In this document: piece after piece, positions 16,431 to 25,410 of the stretch
Layout of the letters: every line of letters starts with the position of its first letter
Position numbering within the stretch: the stretch's first letter is position 1
Sequence record: MN871447.1
Length of the DNA stretch: 64,000 bases
Strand: one strand, 5' to 3'
The notes under the pieces: model-generated
Told to the model about the DNA's origin: nothing
The model's input: the letters and a program-made list of their open reading frames with translations, nothing else
Databases searched by the model: none
Translations under genes and position numbers: made by a program

Positions 16431-16465
16431 TTGATTTCCTTACGATAAGAGTGAAAATAAAGTTT

Positions 16466-16473
16466 GTTCATAA
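16466..16473 (-). promoter_or_regulatory. Putative late promoter TTATGAAC for the 255-aa gene
   Basis: Recurrent 8-mer, 36 nt upstream of the ATG. Confidence 0.55.
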
Positions 16474-16496
16474 ACTAGTTAACGACGTAAAATAAA

Positions 16497-16526
16497 AAAA
16501 AAGAAAGGGGCGAACCCCTTTCTTTT
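16497..16526. terminator. Bidirectional intrinsic terminator, identical to 43619-43648
   Basis: A6-GAAAGGGG-CGAA-CCCCTTTC-T4. Confidence 0.8.
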
Positions 16527-16533
16527 TGACAGA

Positions 16534-17112
16534 TTAATCTACCATAGCCAACCGTAAAACCACCCCGCTGTAATGATCGCCTAAATCCATACGGCTGGCC
16601 AAAATCCACTGGAAGCCAAAAGCTCTCGCAATGTAGCGAAACCCTGCGACATTAACAGCCGGTTCGTACCGATCACCGTCAACATCATCTGGCAGATTAC
16701 GTTGGTGAACTTGTACCATTAAAGAATCGAAATCTGGGAGTAGCTTATAAGCGTACTCGACTAAAATATCTTTCATCCAGGCGACGTACACTTCGCAGTC
16801 AAAACTCTCCATTACCGGAGTAATAGATAACCGCGTAATATTGCGCTCTTTATCTTCCAGCGTATATGCTTTGATTTGACGTACTCCGGCGGCATAAAGT
16901 TCGTCGAGTGTTTCGTTGAGTTCGTAATTAAAAGGGAGATCAAACCCAAGGATGTTTTTAGCGTCATTCTCTACGTCCAGGTCAACGATGCTCGTTCCAG
17001 GGGGCGAGATATGGGTAACCGTGATAAGAATGTGTTTGGTAGTGGAAGCAGAAACTTTTCCGGCCAAGTTAAACGCAGCAACAAATTTTCCTAACGAGAT
17101 TAATTCTGACAT
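16534..17112 (-). CDS. Hypothetical protein
   Basis: 192-aa ORF with AGGAG RBS. Confidence 0.75.
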   Translation of the reverse strand: MSELISLGKFVAAFNLAGKVSASTTKHILITVTHISPPGTSIVDLDVENDAKNILGFDLPFNYELNETLDELYAAGVRQIKAYTLEDKERNITRLSITPVMESFDCEVYVAWMKDILVEYAYKLLPDFDSLMVQVHQRNLPDDVDGDRYEPAVNVAGFRYIARAFGFQWILASRMDLGDHYSGVVLRLAMVD

Positions 17113-17169
17113 GTTATTCTCCTAAAACAAAATAAGGGTAGGTAGGGGTCGAAACCCCTACCCAGTAAA

Positions 17170-17622
17170 TTATTCGGCCATCAGTACGTTTTTGCAGGAG
17201 AACAAATATTCCTGCTGATCAAAATGATCCCAGTCAACTTCGACATAGATTTTGATCGCATTGGTACGGGCTCCAACTTTGCCCTTCATAGCGATGTGAA
17301 CACGCACTGTACCTAAGCCGCATTTACAAACACGGTCAATTGTTTTTGCGACATCCAGCGCGCGAGCACCTTGACCAAAAAGAGAAACAAACTCTTTTGC
17401 ATCAAAACGATCACCATGGGAATGAATGCGATTAGACAAAAGGATACGAGCATTGGCCGCGAAAGCTAACTGTTCGGCTTCTTCCAGGGTCTCAACGAAT
17501 TTCACTTCGGGGAGATAACCTGTACTTTCGGCTAAGCCTTTGGTTTTCAGAATGACGCGTTGAATCTTGATCTTTTGTTCTTCGGTAATCATGTACGTAC
17601 GAATCCTAATTGAGAGTTGCAC
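17170..17622 (-). CDS. Hypothetical protein
   Basis: 150-aa ORF; probable start MITEEQ. Confidence 0.7.
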   Translation of the reverse strand: MQLSIRIRTYMITEEQKIKIQRVILKTKGLAESTGYLPEVKFVETLEEAEQLAFAANARILLSNRIHSHGDRFDAKEFVSLFGQGARALDVAKTIDRVCKCGLGTVRVHIAMKGKVGARTNAIKIYVEVDWDHFDQQEYLFSCKNVLMAE

Positions 17623-17650
17623 AAAGAATAATCACAACGTTAAACTTTGA

Positions 17651-17938
17651 TTAACGAAGCGCGGCATTAAAGCGCTGTTTAAATAACTTCTGGAAACCCG
17701 TTTTCACCATCGGATTAAACCCGGTTTCGGTACGGTGACGGAATTCAATCGTCGACCCGTTAACGATCAACAGGAGTTTTTGATAGGGTTCCAGGCCGTC
17801 TTCTACCGAGAATGACATCGCATCGACGTTAATAAGATCAATCGCGTGGAACGCGTTATCGGTTTCAATCGTGACGACATTCCCTTTTTCGCTGGCCTGG
17901 GAATCTACTTTGAAGAGATGTTTGGTATAAACAATCAT
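17651..17938 (-). CDS. Hypothetical protein
   Basis: 95-aa ORF with GGAGG RBS. Confidence 0.7.
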   Translation of the reverse strand: MIVYTKHLFKVDSQASEKGNVVTIETDNAFHAIDLINVDAMSFSVEDGLEPYQKLLLIVNGSTIEFRHRTETGFNPMVKTGFQKLFKQRFNAALR

Positions 17939-17950
17939 TTTACCTCCAAA

Positions 17951-19120
17951 TTAAATAAAACTTGTTTTGATCATACTTTCAGTTTCGATGAAGGTCTCCC
18001 AGTTTAATGCTTCCGCCAACGTGATTTTCTCACGACCAGCGAAATCTACCGGTTCGAGATCAACCGCGCTCCGGGCCTTCGCAGCTTCGGTTTCATTTAA
18101 CGTTCTGAATGACAGGGCTTTAAACAAACGGCCGGGGCGAATAATTGCATTATCGACTGACTTGAGGTTAAGTAAGTTAGTTGAGATAATGAATTTGACA
18201 TTACCGGAAGTGATCCCCTCTGCGGCGTTTAATAAACCGGACATTAAGCTATTACCGTTTTCGCGACGCTCCAACATAACTAGCTGGTCTTCGGTGACGA
18301 GCCAAGTACCGTCATCCAAATCATGGATATACGGAACAATAGATGGCGAATTGAGTACGTCCGCAGTATCCGCTACAACGACGTTATCATTTTTTTGTTC
18401 ATTTTTCCACCGTATCATTTCACGAATGAACTGGCTCTTCCCTAACCCTGGTGCACCGTAAAGGACTAAAACATTGTTGTTTGAATTATCAAACGCTTCC
18501 GCCAATTCCGCAGGGGATAATGAGAAATAAGGCCAGAATCCCTTAAAGTCTTTTATCTCTTTTTTATCTTGCAGTCGTTTGTTCCGCGCAACGACATTAC
18601 CGCCAGCATTCAGCGACAAACGAGAAACCGTTTCCGGTAAGCGGGCCGTGAAGAACGTACTGATGATTTCCCCGAACCCTTGGCAGAGATCGTCAGGCCC
18701 GTAACAGAATACAAAGTTTTCTGAGACACCGGACCCAAAATAGAGCATCCCTACAATCTCTCCTCGTAGGTTAGCGAGAAGGAATGCCCCAGGAATAATT
18801 TCGCTGTAAACAAAAGTGTCGAATTTCGAGAGGTAATTACGTAACTGATTGGAAAGCAGTTCCTCAACACTTTTCCCTAAGTCGCGTGCATTCCCTGTTA
18901 ACCAAAACCCTTTCCTTGAGAAACCCATAGGGCGATTATTGACCCCCAAGAAAATTTTGATCGCTTTTTTAACATGGTCGCCGTTACTTCGACCTTCGAC
19001 ATTTATCCGGCAGTAAATATCGAAAAATTCCATCATTTCTTCTTTGAGCTTACCTGAATCGGCGCGTGCATTTGACGTAAAATCTTTAGTCAAAACATTG
19101 TTTTTACTTTCATTAGCCAT
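17951..19120 (-). CDS. AAA+ ATPase (paralogue 1)
   Basis: Walker A GAPGLGKS, Walker B WLVTED, sensor ISTN, arginine finger IRPGR. Confidence 0.88.
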   Translation of the reverse strand: MANESKNNVLTKDFTSNARADSGKLKEEMMEFFDIYCRINVEGRSNGDHVKKAIKIFLGVNNRPMGFSRKGFWLTGNARDLGKSVEELLSNQLRNYLSKFDTFVYSEIIPGAFLLANLRGEIVGMLYFGSGVSENFVFCYGPDDLCQGFGEIISTFFTARLPETVSRLSLNAGGNVVARNKRLQDKKEIKDFKGFWPYFSLSPAELAEAFDNSNNNVLVLYGAPGLGKSQFIREMIRWKNEQKNDNVVVADTADVLNSPSIVPYIHDLDDGTWLVTEDQLVMLERRENGNSLMSGLLNAAEGITSGNVKFIISTNLLNLKSVDNAIIRPGRLFKALSFRTLNETEAAKARSAVDLEPVDFAGREKITLAEALNWETFIETESMIKTSFI

Positions 19121-19224
19121 TTAGATTTCCTTATTAAACAAAGTTAGTTATTGACAAGTACAGCCACCAGAGAAAATACTCCCGTAGCACTTTTCACAGA
19201 TGACATCTTCAATGGTCAGTACGA

Positions 19225-19569
19225 TCATTTCTTTTTCCTACTTGGGGGTTTCATCCCGGTTTCCAAAATACTGAGTTGTACTTCCATCTCAGCGAGCGCT
19301 TTGTCAACCGACGCTAATTCCTTCACAAGTGTTTTATCCGACCCTGCACTCACTGCGGCAGTGTGGCGGTCAAATTCGATCACTTTCTCAACGTCTCCTA
19401 CGGGACATTCTAAAACATGGGCTATTTCTTCATCAGAAAGCCCACGTGCCCTTAAGACTGTAGGAGAGAGCTCTGCACTGAATTCAGGAAATAACCGCTC
19501 ACGTTCGATCTGGCGGCCTAAACGATACGTTTGGCGATCGAGACTATTAAACTTCGTTTTGCGTGCCAT
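19225..19569 (-). CDS. Small HTH protein (ECF sigma4-like) with a coiled-coil tail
   Basis: RGLSDEEIAHVLECPVGDV; start moved to MARKTK (AGGAG RBS); paralogue of 34797-35027. Confidence 0.6.
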   Translation of the reverse strand: MARKTKFNSLDRQTYRLGRQIERERLFPEFSAELSPTVLRARGLSDEEIAHVLECPVGDVEKVIEFDRHTAAVSAGSDKTLVKELASVDKALAEMEVQLSILETGMKPPSRKKK

Positions 19570-19600
19570 GTCATTTGGACTCCTTAGGGTATCTACGTAA

Positions 19601-19609
19601 GTGATATAT
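19601..19609 (-). promoter_or_regulatory. Putative early promoter ATATATCAC
   Basis: TATATTAC variant 32 nt upstream of the 19569 start. Confidence 0.55.
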
Positions 19610-19647
19610 ACGTAAATAGACATGGGCGGGAATTCCCGCCCATACAG

Positions 19648-20916
19648 TTAACGACCGATAAAGCCGCCTTGTTTGATCTCGCTTTGCAGAGCCTGATACG
19701 ATTCCCAGTTTAACGCTTCCGCTAAGCTGAGTTTGGACACGTTACCGAAATCAATTGGGGGATGCCCTATCGCAGCGCGGGCGGCATTAGCTTGATCGGC
19801 TGTTAACGCTTTGAACGGGATGACGCGTAAAGTACGACCTGGACGATACAGGGCATGGTCAACGTCTTTTAACGACGTGATGTTAGTTGAGATAATGAAT
19901 TTGACGTTACCGGAAGTGATCCCTTCGGCAGCATTCAGAATCCCGGCCATCAGACTGTTACCCATATCGCGTGCTTCGATCATTTCATGGGCGTCTTCGG
20001 TCACTAACCAGCTGTTACTTGGCATGTCGTGAACGTAAGGTGTAAACCGCGGGGATTTAAATACCGGGTTATCGTCGCAAACAAATACGGTACCGTAAGA
20101 GTTCTCGTCTTTCCACTTGATCATCTCGGCGATATATTGGCTCTTACCTAACCCCGGCTCGCCGTACAGAATCAGTACGTTCGAGTCACTGGCTTCAAAC
20201 TCGGCTGCCATCTCACGAGGTGATTTTGGTGCGAAGGGCCAAAAGGCTTTTGGATCGGTAACTGTGCGCCGTTGTTTAAGTGTTTTATACTGACTTTGAA
20301 CATCATTGTTACCCGTTAAACAGAGCCGACGAATAGTAATATTTTTCTCTTTATTTTGGAAGCTGTTGAAAATATTTTTGAGGATTTTCCCGATCGAAAA
20401 GTCACCAACGTAAAAAAATCTTTGTTGATTACCATTATCTTCTATCTGGCATGTCCCTACAATTTTATCGTCACGAAAGATAAAGAAGCTCCTGTGGCTA
20501 AATGGTTCAGTATAGATTCCGTCCTGATTCATTTTGTCCAAGAAAAGTTTCAGTACTTCCATTTCAAATTGAAAGGCTGCGTATCCAAAAGGACGTTCGT
20601 AGTTAATGAACGTATGAATACTCACCGCTTCCCTTTCGAGCAGTTGAAAGAAACGCATTAGTAATACCTGACTATTTAAGTTTTCACTAATACGTTCTAC
20701 GGTGGGGTAAAGTCCTTTAAAAATCAGACGGTGGAATTCTTTAATTTCTTCGTACTTTTTAGCGCGAGACGCTTCATTGAGCGGCGGGTAATTCAATAAT
20801 ATCTCATGAAAGATCGCAGTACGTGAAGATAATTCAGTATTAGTTTCTTCTTCGACTGCTTCTTCCCAAGGTGCTGGAAGTTCTACTGATTCTTCGCGGT
20901 AAGCATGTAAGGACAT
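19648..20916 (-). CDS. AAA+ ATPase (paralogue 2)
   Basis: GEPGLGKS, WLVTEDA, NAAEGITSGNVKFIISTN (shared exactly with paralogue 1), YRPGR. Confidence 0.88.
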   Translation of the reverse strand: MSLHAYREESVELPAPWEEAVEEETNTELSSRTAIFHEILLNYPPLNEASRAKKYEEIKEFHRLIFKGLYPTVERISENLNSQVLLMRFFQLLEREAVSIHTFINYERPFGYAAFQFEMEVLKLFLDKMNQDGIYTEPFSHRSFFIFRDDKIVGTCQIEDNGNQQRFFYVGDFSIGKILKNIFNSFQNKEKNITIRRLCLTGNNDVQSQYKTLKQRRTVTDPKAFWPFAPKSPREMAAEFEASDSNVLILYGEPGLGKSQYIAEMIKWKDENSYGTVFVCDDNPVFKSPRFTPYVHDMPSNSWLVTEDAHEMIEARDMGNSLMAGILNAAEGITSGNVKFIISTNITSLKDVDHALYRPGRTLRVIPFKALTADQANAARAAIGHPPIDFGNVSKLSLAEALNWESYQALQSEIKQGGFIGR

Positions 20917-20943
20917 TGACTGTCTCCTTGAACAAAAATGGAT

Positions 20944-21582
20944 TTAATTAATGGGAACTAAAACAGGATGTGACTCCACTTTACTGACTAATTGTGCTTT
21001 TGTCTTCTTGTCACCAATCATGGCGTTTCCTTTCCCTGAAACAAATTTCACAAAACCCTCGCCTTTACTCAATTGGTTGGCTATTACCCTACCTTGTTTT
21101 TCAATAAAACGTCGATCTACTCCTAAGGCTTTATTCGCCAATTCCCCGTCAACAAAAGCACTTCCGAAATAATTAACGCGAAACACTTTTGTCTTGCCAC
21201 CTAACAAGTAAGGAACCTCTATTCCTTTTTCGGGTAACGCGCCAACGTACTTTAACGAGGAAAAAATAACTCGCGCACTTCTCCCTTTCTCAACCCCTTT
21301 GTGAATCAACTTGACGATATCGTCCGCTAAGGTCTTCCAGCTATAGGGGTATAAGTTACCGTGGAAATAAATCCCGATCAGTTGCGACAATTCCCCTTGG
21401 GTATTAATTGCCATTAACCCATCGAAGTCACGCACTTTGTGCATATCGCAAGTTAAGCTAACAATTGCGCGTTCACCAAAGAAGATACTGGCTTTTACCA
21501 ATTCCCCGTGTTTACCTACTTCACCGATAATCGATTGTTTTTTATCCGTGTACCGAAAAGTTGTATTCAACACTCGACTCAT
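20944..21582 (-). CDS. Hypothetical protein
   Basis: 212-aa ORF. Confidence 0.7.
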   Translation of the reverse strand: MSRVLNTTFRYTDKKQSIIGEVGKHGELVKASIFFGERAIVSLTCDMHKVRDFDGLMAINTQGELSQLIGIYFHGNLYPYSWKTLADDIVKLIHKGVEKGRSARVIFSSLKYVGALPEKGIEVPYLLGGKTKVFRVNYFGSAFVDGELANKALGVDRRFIEKQGRVIANQLSKGEGFVKFVSGKGNAMIGDKKTKAQLVSKVESHPVLVPIN

Positions 21583-21596
21583 GTCGCCCCCCCTCT

Positions 21597-21944
21597 TTAA
21601 ACCAATAACCCTAAAGCAATACCAAAAAGCGTACCGATGAACACCCCTACGACAACGGGCTTAATTACACTACTCAGCGATTTATTACGCTCTAAGAGGG
21701 TTTCCCTTTCTTTGGCCAGTAATTCTTGTTCTTTCTCGTTTAACGCGTCGGCATGGCACTGAGCTTCTTTTGCGGTCCCATATACCGTGAAAGTCCGACA
21801 ACCAAATTGATCAGTTTCATGCGTATAACGGTATTCATCGTCGTAGCTCGTGACCGTTCTGTCCATGGGTAAGTCGTTAATCGACAACTGATATTTATTG
21901 TACATCACGACGTAACCCTTTTTGTATCGATTGATTCCGTACAT
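21597..21944 (-). CDS. Protein with a C-terminal transmembrane anchor
   Basis: Ends VIKPVVVGVFIGTLFGIALGLLV. Confidence 0.7.
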   Translation of the reverse strand: MYGINRYKKGYVVMYNKYQLSINDLPMDRTVTSYDDEYRYTHETDQFGCRTFTVYGTAKEAQCHADALNEKEQELLAKERETLLERNKSLSSVIKPVVVGVFIGTLFGIALGLLV

Positions 21945-21989
21945 TTCATTTCCTCCGTTAAGTAATGAATTTTATCGAGGGATATTTTT

Positions 21990-22331
21990 TTATTTTTCCT
22001 GTATATCAAATTCTCGGTAGCGTCTAATAAATTCTAACACTCCTTTTGCCCACCTGGCGTTAAAGGTGGCTCTGTCCAGCGAATGGTACAACATGATACT
22101 GTCATCCTGCCAGCCCTCTTTACTTTTCCGTAGCCAATCGATAAAGAGGCGTAATCCTTCGGCTTTTTCAGATTCTTGAATAAAGCGTGTATACTGGTCG
22201 ATGTCCTGAGGGTCTTCTTTCTTTAAACGTAAGAGATCCTTTTGAAGCTGATTCACGATTAACTCAAAACGAGCAGTGTAATGATCCTCCTGAGTTAACC
22301 GGTTAAATTCCAAATAAGGTTCTTTGGTCAT
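21990..22331 (-). CDS. Hypothetical protein
   Basis: 113-aa ORF. Confidence 0.7.
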   Translation of the reverse strand: MTKEPYLEFNRLTQEDHYTARFELIVNQLQKDLLRLKKEDPQDIDQYTRFIQESEKAEGLRLFIDWLRKSKEGWQDDSIMLYHSLDRATFNARWAKGVLEFIRRYREFDIQEK

Positions 22332-22356
22332 TTATTTTCCCTTTGCCCTTCAACAT

Positions 22357-22707
22357 TCAATTGATTGCCGTAGACTTCTCTACGCTACCGTAACGGTTAA
22401 TAACTAATTCGGTACCGTCTCGTTCGAAGTATGGCTGAAGAACCATTACCCCATTACTGTTATCAATGACCTTGTAAAAGACGGCTGAAACACCGTACTC
22501 GTTGTAAACGACGGCTTTAATGCAATGTTCAAAGGTCTCCTCGTTTAACGTTTGGAAGGGGATCATCATGAAACCATCGCCTTCTTTTTTGTTGATGTAA
22601 ATAACATTGTCTCCTGGAACGAGTTCTTCTAACGTACTCGGGTTGTAGAAGTCAAAGTTACCTGCGGGTGTCCCCAGAGTGATATCTTTCGTTCTTACTT
22701 TAGTCAT
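22357..22707 (-). CDS. Hypothetical protein
   Basis: 116-aa ORF. Confidence 0.7.
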   Translation of the reverse strand: MTKVRTKDITLGTPAGNFDFYNPSTLEELVPGDNVIYINKKEGDGFMMIPFQTLNEETFEHCIKAVVYNEYGVSAVFYKVIDNSNGVMVLQPYFERDGTELVINRYGSVEKSTAIN

Positions 22708-22800
22708 TTGTCTTTACTCTAATATTTTTTCGTTGAAAAAATGTCCTTGGCGTTATAACGACTGAGTTATTAGCGCTAATGGACTTTTAGTGGCGTTTGA

Positions 22801-23535
22801 TCACTCTACTTCCTTCAATGAAACATAAAACATCCATCTTTGAGTGTTGTGAGAAAAATCACCTTTAATCACGACGCTCTCTGTAGGGTCTTTCTCGTCC
22901 GAGAACAACCTTTCTGCTGCATCCCTGATAATCTGGATGTTATCGCGGAAAAGGTCGCTCTGTTGTAGACGGTGAGTTTCCCTGAAACCAAATGCCTCAA
23001 ACGGAATATTTTGGAACTCCTTTAAACCCCTTTCGACTAAGAAGTCTTGATCATCCGTATGAAAACCTCCCAGAGCCTTATAATTTTCTGGGGGAACTAT
23101 GGCTATCTGCCAATTTCCGGCTGAATAACAAGGGAGCTCAGTCAGAATGAATTCTATCTCTCTGTGCTCAGATTCGATAATGTTAGGACCTTTTAACTCT
23201 TTAATAATCTGAGAAATCCTAGCCGAAGAGAGTTCGTACATCTCCGCTAATTTCCTTTGTGGGATACCGGATAAAAACCCCACGCCAATATTCAGCTTTT
23301 TGATCTCTGCTAAGATCGCTTTTGTTTCCGCAAGCATCTTATCTATCTCAGGGTTAGCATGACCCAGCTTATGCTGATACTCTAACCTTTCAACAATAGT
23401 CTTTGTTAAAGTTAATAAGTCAGTCTGTGTATTTGTCCATTTCACTAACTCCTCAATACTCAACGATTTCTTCATCTTTTCCTCCTCAAGAGACATAATC
23501 CCAGAGGAGAGTTTTATACTCTCTCTCCAGGTCAA
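22801..23535 (-). CDS. HTH-containing protein
   Basis: GIPQRKLAEMYELSSARISQIIKE; true start probably MKKSLS. Confidence 0.6.
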   Translation of the reverse strand: MTWRESIKLSSGIMSLEEEKMKKSLSIEELVKWTNTQTDLLTLTKTIVERLEYQHKLGHANPEIDKMLAETKAILAEIKKLNIGVGFLSGIPQRKLAEMYELSSARISQIIKELKGPNIIESEHREIEFILTELPCYSAGNWQIAIVPPENYKALGGFHTDDQDFLVERGLKEFQNIPFEAFGFRETHRLQQSDLFRDNIQIIRDAAERLFSDEKDPTESVVIKGDFSHNTQRWMFYVSLKEVE

Positions 23536-23811
23536 TTATTCGTATTGTTAACTACCAGCGTAATCTTCATTTCAATCAGATTACTTGAAGGAGTATTACT
23601 CCCTTCCGGTACCTCTTTACCTTAACCGAGAGTTCACTGTGTTCACTCTCTCTAAGGAAGGTACCTGCAGTACGTAATAGCTAACTGTTTCGGATTGGTG
23701 CATTATTTAAAACCACCCCCTTTCCCCCAAAACTTTATTTTTACCATTACCCTCAAAGTGACCAGTAAAACGACCTTTGATTCACATATAAAGAAAAAGC
23801 GTTAAAAAATA

Positions 23812-24783
23812 TTAATTACTTTTCTCAATAAACCGATAACGAAATAATTCAGTTTCAATAATCGGGAAATAGGATCTGTCACGGTATTCGTTTAAGATCA
23901 AATTGTGGTAAAAAATCGCCTTCTTAAACTCGCTATCTGATTTATGAACATCCCTATAACGATTGATAGAGGGTCTTTCATAATACGCGTAACCAAGAGA
24001 AACGATCAGGTTGATGAGTTTACTTTGAGTATCGATCCCATCTAAGGATTCGTAGTGATCGAAATAATCTTTGTAAACATTATCGGATGGATCTAAAACG
24101 AAACGATCAAAATTCCAGCCAGAGTGCCTGATGACCAACTGGTATTTTTCTGGATTGCGTAGAATAAGATCCAGTGGAACACCCAGTCCAAACTCATCTT
24201 CGTTATCGCCATGATAAAGAGAATTAACCTCTCGATCAATGAGTTCAATAACACGTTCCTCTGGTAAATTAACCGAATATTGAAGCTCCTTCATTCTGCG
24301 AATATTGGCAATGACCCCAGCTAACTCCGGATCTTTAGGTTTCCTTAATAACCCTACCCCAAAGTCGGTGTCAATTTGAAAGGTACATTTATCGGAAGTT
24401 AAATTTTCGATATACCGCCGGGCAGCCTCTTGAAAATATTCAGTTATTTGACTATCGTCAAGGGCTAAATCGGTAAAGCAATATTCGGCCTCAGCAAAAC
24501 GCCGAAATAAATCAACCACGGTTTCTTTCCGTTTCTTCTTATCCCATGAAGGATTAAAATGAGTACTGGTAGCAACGTTGGATCGGAATAAAGAATCACC
24601 CGGTAGCCGTACCATAACCCCATTTCGCTGACTGAAAAATTGTACAGCAATGAGATCTTGTTGATCTATTCCAAAAAGATGATTGAACCGTTCAATTGAG
24701 TTCTCTAAATCTTTACCATCGAAATAAATGTCGAGATCATTATTTTCTTCTACTTGCTCCGTGCGATACAGTGTCTTTTTCAT
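23812..24783 (-). CDS. Hypothetical protein
   Basis: 323-aa ORF, ATGA-coupled to the upstream gene. Confidence 0.75.
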   Translation of the reverse strand: MKKTLYRTEQVEENNDLDIYFDGKDLENSIERFNHLFGIDQQDLIAVQFFSQRNGVMVRLPGDSLFRSNVATSTHFNPSWDKKKRKETVVDLFRRFAEAEYCFTDLALDDSQITEYFQEAARRYIENLTSDKCTFQIDTDFGVGLLRKPKDPELAGVIANIRRMKELQYSVNLPEERVIELIDREVNSLYHGDNEDEFGLGVPLDLILRNPEKYQLVIRHSGWNFDRFVLDPSDNVYKDYFDHYESLDGIDTQSKLINLIVSLGYAYYERPSINRYRDVHKSDSEFKKAIFYHNLILNEYRDRSYFPIIETELFRYRFIEKSN

Positions 24784-25022
24784 GCGACCTTCTCCCCGTA
24801 CTTCAAATTGACGACAAACCCAACTTTCTCTAACCCGGAAAGATCTCTCTGACCTAACATGCGAAGGAAAGTTTGATTAATGACAATCTGGCTACGGATC
24901 CCGACAGGCAGTCGTTTTCTTTCACGTAACGCTTCACGAATACGTTTACGAAAATTCTTACAAGTTTCTTCATCCAGCGTCGCCAGCTTTTTCAGATCGT
25001 GTTCAATCAGTGCTAAAGTCAT
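24780..25022 (-). CDS. Hypothetical small basic protein
   Basis: 80-aa ORF. Confidence 0.65.
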   Translation of the reverse strand: MTLALIEHDLKKLATLDEETCKNFRKRIREALRERKRLPVGIRSQIVINQTFLRMLGQRDLSGLEKVGFVVNLKYGEKVA

Positions 25023-25035
25023 GTTATTTTCCTTT

Positions 25036-25401
25036 TTAGTGTTTAATGAGTCTGTTGAAGTATTCGTCAGGGATAGTAACTAAGGGTTGAGATTTCCCTT
25101 CGCTGATTAATCCGATCGGAAAACCCTGATCACTGTACCCGATGATTTTCACTAATCGGATATGTTTAAGGTGTCCCGATTGATAAACAACATTATTCCG
25201 TCGTTTCCATTCTTCGATCAACCGCTGTTCTTCGAAGAAGTCATTGGCGGTCGTTAAATAACCCTCAGGAATCTCTGAGGGCGTTTTCACTGCAATAAGG
25301 TAGTACTTATCCAAAACTAACTGATCGATGCTCAGAGGAGCATTCAGGAACCCTGACATCGGTCGAGTTTGGTTAGCGGTAATATCGATCGTGACTTTCA
25401 T
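25036..25401 (-). CDS. Hypothetical protein
   Basis: 121-aa ORF. Confidence 0.65.
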   Translation of the reverse strand: MKVTIDITANQTRPMSGFLNAPLSIDQLVLDKYYLIAVKTPSEIPEGYLTTANDFFEEQRLIEEWKRRNNVVYQSGHLKHIRLVKIIGYSDQGFPIGLISEGKSQPLVTIPDEYFNRLIKH

Positions 25402-25410
25402 CCTTCGTCC

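Noticed and set aside
19151-19600. 149-aa plus-strand ORF
   Set aside because: Opposite a minus-strand gene that has an RBS, a promoter motif and a paralogue
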